DNA of 64,000 nt from an uncultured Cellulophaga sp. (GTDB lineage Bacteria; Bacteroidota; Bacteroidia; Flavobacteriales; Flavobacteriaceae). Positions within the stretch are counted from its first letter, which is position 1. Each line of letters begins with the position of its first letter. Below the pieces are notes generated by a model. It was not told where the DNA came from and ran no database searches. It saw only the letters and a program-made list of their open reading frames with translations. The position numbers and the translations under genes are program-made. Of the stretch, positions 38,426 through 48,847 are shown piece by piece. The DNA lies in NCBI GenBank assembly GCA_947491225.1, contig CANLIE010000001.1:17747-81746 (forward strand), written 5' to 3'.

Positions 38426-38863
38426 ATGAAAAAAATACTATTCCTTGCTTTATTTACCATTACTACTTTTGCTACAGCACAAGATTTAAACAATGATATA
38501 AAAAATGCACTTAAAACTGACAATATTACTGAGTTAATAAAACATATAAACTTAGAAAATATAAATAACTGTTACAAAGTAGAAGATTCTGAATACACCT
38601 TATTAGCGCTTTCTATTAAACTAAATGCTAAATCTTGTTTTACTTCTTTAATAGAACAAAAAGCTGATTTAGAAAAAATGTGTAGTGACAAGACACCATT
38701 AATGTACGCTGCAAAGTATGACCGATTAGATATGGCAAAATCTCTTGTTAACGCAGGTGCAAAACTTAAAGCAACAAACAATAAAAAAAGATCTGCTTTA
38801 GATTATGCAGAAAAATATGAAAGGAAAAAAATTATAGATTATATAGTATCTTTTTATCAATAA
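38426..38863 (+). CDS. Secreted ankyrin-repeat protein
   Basis: 145 aa; signal peptide MKKILFLALFTITTFATAQ; two or three ANK repeats (TPLMYAAKYDRLDMAKSLVNAGAKL...RSALDYA). Confidence 0.7.
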   Translation: MKKILFLALFTITTFATAQDLNNDIKNALKTDNITELIKHINLENINNCYKVEDSEYTLLALSIKLNAKSCFTSLIEQKADLEKMCSDKTPLMYAAKYDRLDMAKSLVNAGAKLKATNNKKRSALDYAEKYERKKIIDYIVSFYQ

Positions 38864-39090
38864 AAGAATGTTAACCCAATAACAACAGGTGTAGATTTAA
38901 GTAATAAACACAAAAATTACTTTTTAAGGCCTTATTTTTTGTTTTCTTTGGTCATTTTAATGTTTAATGTATAATAAGCATATAGCCACTCCTAAGTGCT
39001 AGTACTTCACAACCATACAAGATAATGGAAGCTATGGTTTAAACTTATGAAGGTAATCTTGAAAGAAAAATAAATACTACAAAGCTCTTT

Positions 39091-39834
39091 CTATCGCATA
39101 GTATTGTACCTAACAGATGCTTTTACCATAGCCAAAGCTTTAATGGATTTTTTATGTACATCCTTGGGCTGATGCTGTGTATTGTAACTCACTAGTTTAA
39201 CGTAATCTTCTCCTTTATCACTTTTCTGTATGTAATTTACAGTTACATATTCTTCCCCATCTACCAAAAGTGATATTATGTAAGTTTCTCCCCAAAACAA
39301 ACCAGCATCAATGTTATGAACTATTTTATAAGCCAAAATATCTCCTGCTTTTAATAAAGGATACATACTATCTCCGCTCATATAAGTACTACCATCGCAT
39401 TTAGGAAGGTTGGGTAGACTTATATGACCTCTTGGTTTATTTTTATTTTCGTTTAAACTTTCAAATAAATCTTCTAAGCTAGTCTCTGTGTCTAAACCAT
39501 ATATGGGAATAGCTTGAATATCTTGTTCTATATTTCTCCTTAAAAAGTATTCTTGACCAATTTCATTTACACCAGAAGCTTGTTTTTTCCAATCTCCCCT
39601 ATCATACAACATCCAATCTAAGCTAATATTATACGCTTCACAAAAATTTGAGATTAGCTCAACACTAACATTCATTCTAAAATTCAGAATTTCTGAAAAT
39701 TTACTTTTTTTAATATTTAGAACTCCTGCAATAGCAGATTTATTCAATGCATCGCCCGAATCAATTAGCTTTTCAACAGATTCTTTAAATCTTATATTAA
39801 TATCTTGGATGCTACTCATAAAAAATAAATTCAT
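39091..39834 (-). CDS. CI/LexA-like repressor: N-terminal XRE-type HTH plus C-terminal S24 peptidase domain
   Basis: Start at internal MNLFFMSSIQ (39834) or MSSIQ (39819). HTH region ALNKSAIAGVLNIKKSKFSEILN. S24 Ser-Lys dyad motifs GDSMYP and AMVKASVR. The track's longer N-terminus is probably spurious. Confidence 0.75.
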   Translation of the reverse strand: MNLFFMSSIQDINIRFKESVEKLIDSGDALNKSAIAGVLNIKKSKFSEILNFRMNVSVELISNFCEAYNISLDWMLYDRGDWKKQASGVNEIGQEYFLRRNIEQDIQAIPIYGLDTETSLEDLFESLNENKNKPRGHISLPNLPKCDGSTYMSGDSMYPLLKAGDILAYKIVHNIDAGLFWGETYIISLLVDGEEYVTVNYIQKSDKGEDYVKLVSYNTQHQPKDVHKKSIKALAMVKASVRYNTMR

Positions 39835-39837
39835 ATT

Positions 39838-39900
39838 TTCTGAATTATTATTTTTATAATTCAGAAATTCTGTATAGTTTTGTTCTGTAGAATAGAACAA
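39838..39900. promoter_or_regulatory. Candidate operator palindromes in the divergent promoter region
   Basis: IR1 TTCTGAATTAT-N7-ATAATTCAGAA (39838-39866). IR2 TTGTTCT-GTAGAAT-AGAACAA (39880-39900). Located between the repressor start and the start of the divergent ORF. Confidence 0.4.
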
Positions 39901-39910
39901 ATATAGAAAA

Positions 39911-40405
39911 ATGGAAGCACCATTTACCCAAGAAGAATTAGAAATATTAAGAGGCAAGTATCCTTCACTAGCTAAAACGCTTAATACCAGCGACACATAC
40001 TTAAAACAAATTGCCAATGGCTTGCGTGTAATAAAAAGCTCTAAGTCTATAAAATGTTACAAGAAATTAAAAGAGACCGTAGAGTTTTTTACTCCTAAAA
40101 CAAAAATTAAAGACAATATAAATATGACTGAAGGATTTGAGCCTCTGCATAAGGATACATTTATTTTATGCGCAAATAAATTATCTCTTTCTCTTTACAA
40201 AATATCTAGAGAAGCCCTCATACAATCTAATTGTTATGATTTTTTTGTATACAAAAACCCTGAAAAAAAAGATTATGAAGAATGGGAAACATTTATAGAA
40301 ATTGATGAAGAGACATATTTTTTACTATATAACAATCTCTGCAACAAGTTTAGAAAACATATAGTAACACCAATGTACTTAAACTACAAAAAAACATTAA
40401 AGTAG
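39911..40405 (+). CDS. Hypothetical protein, possible Cro-like HTH regulator; first gene of the umuC-umuD transcription unit
   Basis: 164 aa; segment PSLAKTLNTSDTYLKQIANGL resembles an XRE-type helix-turn-helix; rest has no recognised family. Confidence 0.4.
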   Translation: MEAPFTQEELEILRGKYPSLAKTLNTSDTYLKQIANGLRVIKSSKSIKCYKKLKETVEFFTPKTKIKDNINMTEGFEPLHKDTFILCANKLSLSLYKISREALIQSNCYDFFVYKNPEKKDYEEWETFIEIDEETYFLLYNNLCNKFRKHIVTPMYLNYKKTLK

Positions 40406-40654
40406 CTTACGTATTATACAAAAGCCTAAAATAAAAGAACATCTAAAAAATAAGTGCTTTTTTAGTGTAAACAAATACATATTTTTACAGTTTTTATTCT
40501 ACCTCTGTGCTTTTAAAATTAGAGTCTCTATCCTCTATATAGCAAAACTATCTCCCTTAATTTGTATCCCATTTACCTTCCATTCTTTATATTCACAAAT
40601 AAATAGCGGTTTTACCTTAATACCTACAACTAAAAATCTTGTATATTTATCCCT

Positions 40655-41911
40655 ATATATGCGCTTATAGATTGTAATAATTTTTATGTTTCTTGTGAAC
40701 GGGTATTTAACCCTAATTTGCAAGGGAAACCAGTTGCTATATTAAGCAATAATGATGGTTGTGTTATTTCTAGGAGTGATGAAGCAAAAAATCTAGGCTT
40801 ACCTATGGGTGCCCCTGCTTTTAAGTATAGTGGTTTTTTTAAAGCTAATAACATAAATGTACTTTCTTCCAATTATCCTTTGTATGGAGATATGAGTAGT
40901 AGAGTAATGTCTATTTTACAACAATTTTCTCCAGATATAGAAGTATATAGTATTGATGAATCTTTTATAGAATTTATAGGATTCAACAATTATAATTTTA
41001 ATGATTATGCGCTTCAAATAAGAACACAAGTATTAAAATGGACGGGCATACCCACGTGTGTAGGAGTAGCACCAACCAAAGCCCTAAGTAAGGTAGCCAA
41101 TAAAATAGCACGCAAATTTCCTAATAAAACAAAAGGCGTCTATGTTATAGACACAGAAGAAAAGCGTATTAAAGCTCTTAAATGGATTAAACTAGAAGAT
41201 ATTTGGGGCATTGGTTATGGACTACAAAAAAGACTGACTTTAAAGGGCTGTAAAAATGCTTATGATTTTGTACAATTGCCAGATGAATGGGTTCGTAAAA
41301 ACTTTTCTGTAACGGAATGGAAACTAAAAAAAGACTTAGAAGGCATACCTACATTAAATCTAGACCATACAGAAGCTAAAAGGGCAATAGCAACTACCAG
41401 AAGTTTTGAATATACATTTTCTGACTTGGAAAACATTAAAGAACGTGTTTCTACATTTGCTACAAGCTGCGCGGAGAAATTAAGAAAACAAAACTGTAGC
41501 TGCCATATGATTATTGTTTTACTAAGTAGTGACAGGCATAAAAAAAATACACAACAACACAGAGTAAATACAACTATTTGCCTACCTTTTCCAACAGATT
41601 CTACCCTAGAAATTAGTAATGCTGCCATTAATGGCTTAGAAAAAATTTATAAAAAAGGAATAAAATACAAACGAGCTGGTGTAATTGTTACAGGGCTGGT
41701 TCCTACAAACACCCATCAACTACATTTATTTGAAAATGAAAATCCTAAGCACAAACCATTAATGAAAACCATAGATGAGTTAAATTGTAAATATGGAGAT
41801 TATAAACTAAAGCTAGGAAATCAAGATTTAAAACGCACTTGGAAAATGCGTCAAGAACATTTATCACCAAAATATACAACCAATATTAAAGACATTATAA
41901 AGGTAAAATAG
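40655..41911 (+). CDS. umuC: Y-family translesion DNA polymerase UmuC-like; conserved N-terminus begins at an ATA codon
   Basis: Aligns with E. coli UmuC from residue 1 to the C-terminus ([16 protein letters not shown] vs LSPRYTTRSSDLLRVK). The frame is open back to TAA at 40631, but the codon aligned with Met1 is ATA (40655-40657). The first canonical in-frame start is TTG at 40718. Confidence 0.8.
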   Translation: [418 protein letters not shown]

Positions 41912-41913
41912 TA

Positions 41914-42348
41914 ATGAAGCAAAGCAAAAACCTCTCTTTTTTAATGTCCGATTTTTCAGAGCAATCAAAAATCACTTTTTTTGATACTGGAATTTCTGCA
42001 GGATTTCCTTCTCCTGCGGATGACTTTAAAGAAAGTAGGATTAGCCTAGACAAAGAACTAATTAAAAACCCTGATGCTACTTTTTTTGCTAGAGTAAGCG
42101 GAGAATCTATGATTGGTGCTGGGTTAGAAGATAATGACCTATTAATTATAGATAGAAGTTTAGAGCCTACACACAATAGAATTGCAGTTTGCTACTTAGA
42201 CGGAGAATTTACGGTAAAAAGATTAAAAGTAGATGGCAATTGCGTTTGGCTACAGCCAGAAAACCCAAACTACAAACCCATAAAAATCACTGAAGAAAGT
42301 GACTTTCTAATTTGGGGCATTGTAACCAATGTAATAAAAGCAGTATAA
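41914..42348 (+). CDS. umuD: UmuD-like S24 peptidase (no DNA-binding domain)
   Basis: 144 aa; GFPSPA, SGESMI, GEFTVKRL and IKAV motifs match E. coli UmuD (GFPSPA, SGDSMI, GEFTVKKL, VKAM). Confidence 0.85.
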   Translation: MKQSKNLSFLMSDFSEQSKITFFDTGISAGFPSPADDFKESRISLDKELIKNPDATFFARVSGESMIGAGLEDNDLLIIDRSLEPTHNRIAVCYLDGEFTVKRLKVDGNCVWLQPENPNYKPIKITEESDFLIWGIVTNVIKAV

Positions 42349-42354
42349 ATAACC

Positions 42355-42442
42355 TGTTGTACATTTTGATTAAACTCTGTCAATTCTAGTAATTCTCACA
42401 CTAGAAATAAGTAAGTTTTTTATCAAAAAATCACTCAAACTG
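42355..42442 (+). repeat. Dispersed intergenic repeat family, copy E
   Basis: GTTGTACATTTTGATTAAACTCTGTCAATTCTAGTAATTCTCACACTAGAAATAAGTAAGTTTTTTATCAAAAAATCACTCAAACTG. Confidence 0.55.
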
Positions 42443-42608
42443 ATATTTAGGGAATTACTCTAAATGCAGTAAAATTTATCAAACCTTGTGCCATTACATA
42501 CTAATACCTTCATTTTAAAATGTTAAATTATGTTAAAGCAAGTAACGGATTCTTAACATAGGCGTCATATACCTACACAATTAACAACTCAATCAAAAAA
42601 AACGTTCA

Positions 42609-45104
42609 ATGAAAAAACTAATCACTTTGTTTATGCTTATGTTAATAGTAACACTTCAAGCACAAACATCAAAAAAAGAGGCGACAAAACTTGCTGCCAT
42701 TACAGGTAAAGTTATAGATGCCACACTTAATGAACCACTCCCATATGTTAGTGTTGTAGTTAAAGATAGTAATGATAAAATCATTACTGGCGGAATTACT
42801 GACGACAAAGGAAGTTTTAATATAAATGGTATCCCTTTAGGGAAAATCATAGTAAACATTCAATATGTTGGTTATAAAACTGAAGTAAAAGAGGTTACAA
42901 TACCCAAAAAAAATAGTAAAGTTAACTTAGGCAGCATCTTACTTTATGAAGAAGCAACCGGGCTAGATGAAGTTACAGTTATTGGAGAAACATCTACCAT
43001 ACAACAAAAAGTAGACAGAAAAGTAATTACCATTGGCAAGGATTTGGCTGCTTCAGGCTCAGCATCAGAACTTATGGTGGGCATACCTTCTGTAAGCATT
43101 GATGCGCAAACAGGGGACATTAGTATGAGAGGCAATCAAAACGTACGCGTAATGGTAGATGGTAAACTATCCAATATTCCTACAGCTCAATTACTTAAAC
43201 AAATACCCTCAACAGCCATAAAATCAATTGAATTAATAACAAACCCTTCTGCCAAATACAACCCAGAAGGAATGAGTGGAATCATCAACATTGTATTACA
43301 TAAAAACACAATGGTTGGTTTTAATGGCAACATAAGCATTGGTTTAAGCCACGAAAAAGAAGCTAAATTCAATAGTTCTTTAAATTTAAACTACCGTAAC
43401 GGAAAATTCAATTTATACGGAAACTATAGTAACAACATTTCAAAAAATAGAAATTTTGGTAATGTTCTTAGACCAGAAAACAATTCTGAACAATTTTTTA
43501 AATTTGTAGACAGAAGAAACTCTAATTTATTTAAAGTTGGGTTAGATTTCTATTTAAACGACAAAAACACTATTTCATTTTTTACAAATCAAGGTATATC
43601 TGACAATGGCACAAATGGATTAACTGACGTATTGTTTTACAACAACAATAGTTTTAATCAATCCCAAAACTTTAGAGCTACTGATAAAAGCAACTCTTCA
43701 AAATATAATTTTAATTATAAACTAGATTTTGCAAAAGAAGGTCATAATATAGAATTAGAAGCAGATCATAATATTTATGATAGTGACAGCCCATTTGCAT
43801 ATAATTTTCCTGATGGGAAAACGGTTAATTATAATGACCTAAACAATACAGACACTAAAAGCTCCACCTTTAATCTAGATTATGTAAACCCACTTTCTGA
43901 AACTTCTAAATTAGAACTTGGAGTACAAGCACGTTTGTTTAATACAGATAAAGAATATGAATCTACTGGCTTCTCAACAAATCCTAATGCAGATTTAATT
44001 GACAATAATGGAGATGAGTTAATAAGGACACCTAGCACTGATTTTGATTACACAAGAGACATTTATTCTGCATATGCCAATTACAGCAAAAAATTTGAAA
44101 AATGGACTTATCAATTTGGTCTACGTGCCGAAAGTGTAAATGTAAAGGCACTTGCCACTGAAACATCTATTCCCGCAGGAATCATAAATCCAATTAAATT
44201 TAACAATGACTATTTTGAATTATATCCTTCAGCTTTTTTCACATATACGGCATCTGAAAAAAATTCATATCAATTAAGTTACAGTAGAAGAGTAGATCGT
44301 CCTGGAATTGGACAAGTAAACCCAATTAAAGAGTGGAGTACCCCACTCATATCTTCTTTTGGCAACATTAACCTTAAGCCACAATTTACTAACTCTTTAG
44401 AAGTTAATTATACAAGACGACTTAAAAAAGGTAGTATAACGGCAGGAGTGTTTTATAGAATGATTTCTGATGAAATCAACAGAGCATTATTCATTGATAA
44501 AACTGATGTGCAATCTGGAAGAGTAATATTGACACATGACAACTTTGATGACACATCTGCATATGGACTTGAATTATCCAGTAATTACAGACCCACAAAA
44601 TGGTGGAGCATTAACGGAAGTTTTGATTTATATTCACAGACACAAAAAGGGATTTCAGAAAGTTTAAATGTTCCTATTGAAAATGCCACTATAAATAATG
44701 TAGTTAGAGAAACTACAGAAGTAGATAATGTAGCATGGAATTTAAGAATGTTCAATAATTTTAAAGCAAGCAAAACATTAACTTTTACTGCTTTTGGTTT
44801 CTATAGAGGAAAAAACAAAACATTACAGTTTGATATAGATCCAATGTATTTTGTAAACATTGGCGCACGTGTTAGTTTTGCTCAAGGTAAAGGAACCTTT
44901 AGTTTAAACTACAATGACATTTTTGACACAATGAAATTTAGTTTTGAAGGCACCAGACCATATAATCAAGTTGGTGAATTTAATTGGGAAAGTAATACCA
45001 TACAAGCAAGTCTATCTTATAGGTTTGGTGGTGGAAAATACAGTGCCAAATCTCGTAAGAAGAGAGACAATGATGAAAAATCTGGAGGTGGAGGATTCCT
45101 ATAA
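42609..45104 (+). CDS. TonB-dependent receptor-like outer-membrane beta-barrel protein with N-terminal carboxypeptidase-regulatory-like domain
   Basis: 831 aa; signal peptide; CarbopepD_reg-like N-terminus (ITGKVIDATLNEPLPYVSVVV); plug (LDEVTVIGE); large barrel. Confidence 0.8.
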   Translation: MKKLITLFMLMLIVTLQAQTSKKEATKLAAITGKVIDATLNEPLPYVSVVVKDSNDKIITGGITDDKGSFNINGIPLGKIIVNIQYVGYKTEVKEVTIPKKNSKVNLGSILLYEEATGLDEVTVIGETSTIQQKVDRKVITIGKDLAASGSASELMVGIPSVSIDAQTGDISMRGNQNVRVMVDGKLSNIPTAQLLKQIPSTAIKSIELITNPSAKYNPEGMSGIINIVLHKNTMVGFNGNISIGLSHEKEAKFNSSLNLNYRNGKFNLYGNYSNNISKNRNFGNVLRPENNSEQFFKFVDRRNSNLFKVGLDFYLNDKNTISFFTNQGISDNGTNGLTDVLFYNNNSFNQSQNFRATDKSNSSKYNFNYKLDFAKEGHNIELEADHNIYDSDSPFAYNFPDGKTVNYNDLNNTDTKSSTFNLDYVNPLSETSKLELGVQARLFNTDKEYESTGFSTNPNADLIDNNGDELIRTPSTDFDYTRDIYSAYANYSKKFEKWTYQFGLRAESVNVKALATETSIPAGIINPIKFNNDYFELYPSAFFTYTASEKNSYQLSYSRRVDRPGIGQVNPIKEWSTPLISSFGNINLKPQFTNSLEVNYTRRLKKGSITAGVFYRMISDEINRALFIDKTDVQSGRVILTHDNFDDTSAYGLELSSNYRPTKWWSINGSFDLYSQTQKGISESLNVPIENATINNVVRETTEVDNVAWNLRMFNNFKASKTLTFTAFGFYRGKNKTLQFDIDPMYFVNIGARVSFAQGKGTFSLNYNDIFDTMKFSFEGTRPYNQVGEFNWESNTIQASLSYRFGGGKYSAKSRKKRDNDEKSGGGGFL

Positions 45105-45139
45105 ATCCATCTTTAAATTACATTCAATTTTTAACATAA

Positions 45140-45172
45140 AAAAAGGGTTGTCTTTTAGACAACCCTTTTTTA
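45140..45172. terminator. Bidirectional rho-independent terminator between the receptor gene and atpC
   Basis: AAAAAAGGGTTGTCT-TTTA-GACAACCCTTTTTT. Confidence 0.7.
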
Positions 45173-45193
45173 TTTATGCTTATTGTGTTAATG

Positions 45194-45472
45194 CTAATCT
45201 GCTAACACAATAATTTTATTATCTTTCATTTCAATAGTTCCGCTATTTATAGCCAATACTGTCTCTCCATTATCTCCTTTAGAAAACTTGTTTTCAAAAG
45301 TTTCTTCTATAACGATATTTCCTTGAAACTTAACATTACCATCTTGTAACAACGAAACAATTGGTGCGTGATTAGATAACATTTGAAACTCTCCATTTAT
45401 ACCAGGAACAGTTACAGATGTAACTTCTCCTGCAAATAATGTAGCTTCTGGTGATATAATTTCTAAATACAT
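45194..45472 (-). CDS. atpC: F0F1 ATP synthase epsilon subunit
   Basis: Start at internal MYLEIISPE; about 92 aa. Confidence 0.85.
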   Translation of the reverse strand: MYLEIISPEATLFAGEVTSVTVPGINGEFQMLSNHAPIVSLLQDGNVKFQGNIVIEETFENKFSKGDNGETVLAINSGTIEMKDNKIIVLAD

Positions 45473-45542
45473 AATTATAAAAGTATTAAGTAAATTAGTA
45501 TTAAGCATTGAATTTTTTTCAATACGCAACACTATGTATTAT

Positions 45543-47063
<1,521 letters not shown>

Positions 47064-47225
47064 TTATTTTATAATAATTTTTTCTTATTTCAAAAACATA
47101 AGACATTGTAATACAGACCCTATGTTTTTAAGGCTGCAAAGATAGGTCTTTCAATTTTAAATAAAAACTACTTTTTGGTGTTTTTTTTAGCTCTTTACTT
47201 TTTTGAAGAATAAGTTAAGAACCAA

Positions 47226-47262
47226 GCATAAAAAAGCACCTTTGTTTTTTAAAGGTGCTTCT
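47226..47262 (-). terminator. Rho-independent terminator downstream of the SGNH-like lipoprotein gene
   Basis: AGCACCTTT...AAAGGTGCT hairpin with a flanking A-run (T-run on minus strand). Confidence 0.55.
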
Positions 47263-47286
47263 AATTTTTTTCTTATTATTTAATGT

Positions 47287-48843
47287 TTATTGCAACTTAG
47301 GAGAATAATTTGTTGGAAAATCCCCAGCTTTTGCTACTGTTTTTGATGCTATAAAATTTGACCCATAGGTTACATCTATTGCTTCTAAAAACTTATTTGC
47401 CATTAACGCATAACCTCTTGCTGTAAGATGAATTCCGTCTAAACCTACCAAGCCACCTGTAACCAATTTGGTGGTTAAAGTATAATCATTAAACTGAATG
47501 CCTGTGGTAGATGCCTGAGCCAATATTGCATTTAAATCTACCAACGCCAGACCATTTTCTGAAGCTACTGAAGCAATTGTAACATTGTAAGCATCTGTAG
47601 CATCTTTTATTACTTTTAGTTCATTTGGTGTTAAGACCCATTTATCAGCAAGGGGAATCGCAACACCATTAATAGTTTGAGAATTACCAGGAATGGCCTC
47701 TGTACCTATAAATGAAGAAGCTGGTAGTACAAACAAATCATCTTCCGTAGCTTGTCTTATACTTGCTAAATCAGGATTTATGCCTGTTAAGTCTGTTAAA
47801 TCTTCATCTATAATGACTACAGCGTTATTAGGTGAAGCTTCAAAAGAAATTGTCCTCATTGTAATTTCTGCATCTGCATCTTCTTGAGTTATTAAGTTAT
47901 TTGCAACTAAATAAGCAAAAGCTTGTTTAATTCCAGCATTATATGCTCCATAAGCAGAAGCTCCATTTAAAAACCCAGCTGTTGCAGCATCTAAAGGAAT
48001 TGGATTGTGAGGTACTGTTGTAAAGTGAGGCAAGCTTGTAATGTAAGGTACATTGGTAACTACTCCTTTTGCACCGCCAGAAGTTAAAGTATTTACAATT
48101 GCAGTGAAAGTAGCATTAAACCCTACTCCTACTGACCCATCGCTTGGTGTAATTGAATTGGAACCATCTCCCCCAGAAGTTGCATATCCCAAAACATCAT
48201 TGCCTCCAATTTCTGAAAGGGTAAAAAATGTTGGGTTTTGTGCCATAGCATCACCTAGCATAGTTGCAGATGTACTAGAAGCCATTCTTACAAAATAGGG
48301 GTTAGCTGTTTTTGTAGTCAAATTAGCAGGATTTCCCAACCCATTAAACAATAAGTGAGTACTTTTAGCTCCAGGAACCCCCATATTGTTAAATGGTCCA
48401 GAAGGATTATTGAGTACTATATCTGTGCTTACGGTTACTGATTGCCCCAAAGCAGTTTCTAAAGGAACTGGTCCTGCGCCACCAAAAACAAGTCTTGGGT
48501 TAAATCCTGGCAGTCTTGTTCCATTAGCTGCCAATCCTCCAAAATTATCACTCATTAAAGGCTGAGTAAAAGCTCCTCCTGAAGCCTTCGCAAACATTTT
48601 TGACAATGTATTGGGAAAAGAATTTTCCTGAGCTACTTTAAACAATGCACCATCCGTGAAGCCTGCCGTAAAAGATGCTCCTAATGCCACATAATTAGAA
48701 AAATCTGCAGAGCCTGCTGTTAATTCTGGTAATTCTGCCTCTTTAACAGTATCAATAAAGTCTGATTCTTCATTACAAGCCGTAAATGCTAATAGAATTG
48801 CTAATAGCCAAATATATTTTGTTTTTATACTATTTATTTTCAT
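47287..48843 (-). CDS. SGNH/GDSL-hydrolase-like lipoprotein, partner of the adjacent TonB-dependent receptor
   Basis: 518 aa; lipobox AFTAC; block I-like LGASFTAGF (Asp replaced by Ala); block III IGGNDVLGY; block V DGIHLT. Confidence 0.5.
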   Translation of the reverse strand: MKINSIKTKYIWLLAILLAFTACNEESDFIDTVKEAELPELTAGSADFSNYVALGASFTAGFTDGALFKVAQENSFPNTLSKMFAKASGGAFTQPLMSDNFGGLAANGTRLPGFNPRLVFGGAGPVPLETALGQSVTVSTDIVLNNPSGPFNNMGVPGAKSTHLLFNGLGNPANLTTKTANPYFVRMASSTSATMLGDAMAQNPTFFTLSEIGGNDVLGYATSGGDGSNSITPSDGSVGVGFNATFTAIVNTLTSGGAKGVVTNVPYITSLPHFTTVPHNPIPLDAATAGFLNGASAYGAYNAGIKQAFAYLVANNLITQEDADAEITMRTISFEASPNNAVVIIDEDLTDLTGINPDLASIRQATEDDLFVLPASSFIGTEAIPGNSQTINGVAIPLADKWVLTPNELKVIKDATDAYNVTIASVASENGLALVDLNAILAQASTTGIQFNDYTLTTKLVTGGLVGLDGIHLTARGYALMANKFLEAIDVTYGSNFIASKTVAKAGDFPTNYSPKLQ

Positions 48844-48847
48844 AATA

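Noticed and set aside
38864-39090. Looked for tRNA or att-site-like sequence at the left boundary of the putative acquired umuCD block
   Set aside because: No tRNA-like cloverleaf (no GTTCGA/T-arm plus acceptor pairing) and no direct repeat matching the right boundary could be found by eye, so element boundaries remain undefined.
40535-40872. Two 62-aa minus-strand ORFs across the umuC 5' region
   Set aside because: Overlap the conserved UmuC N-terminal coding region on the opposite strand; short with no features.
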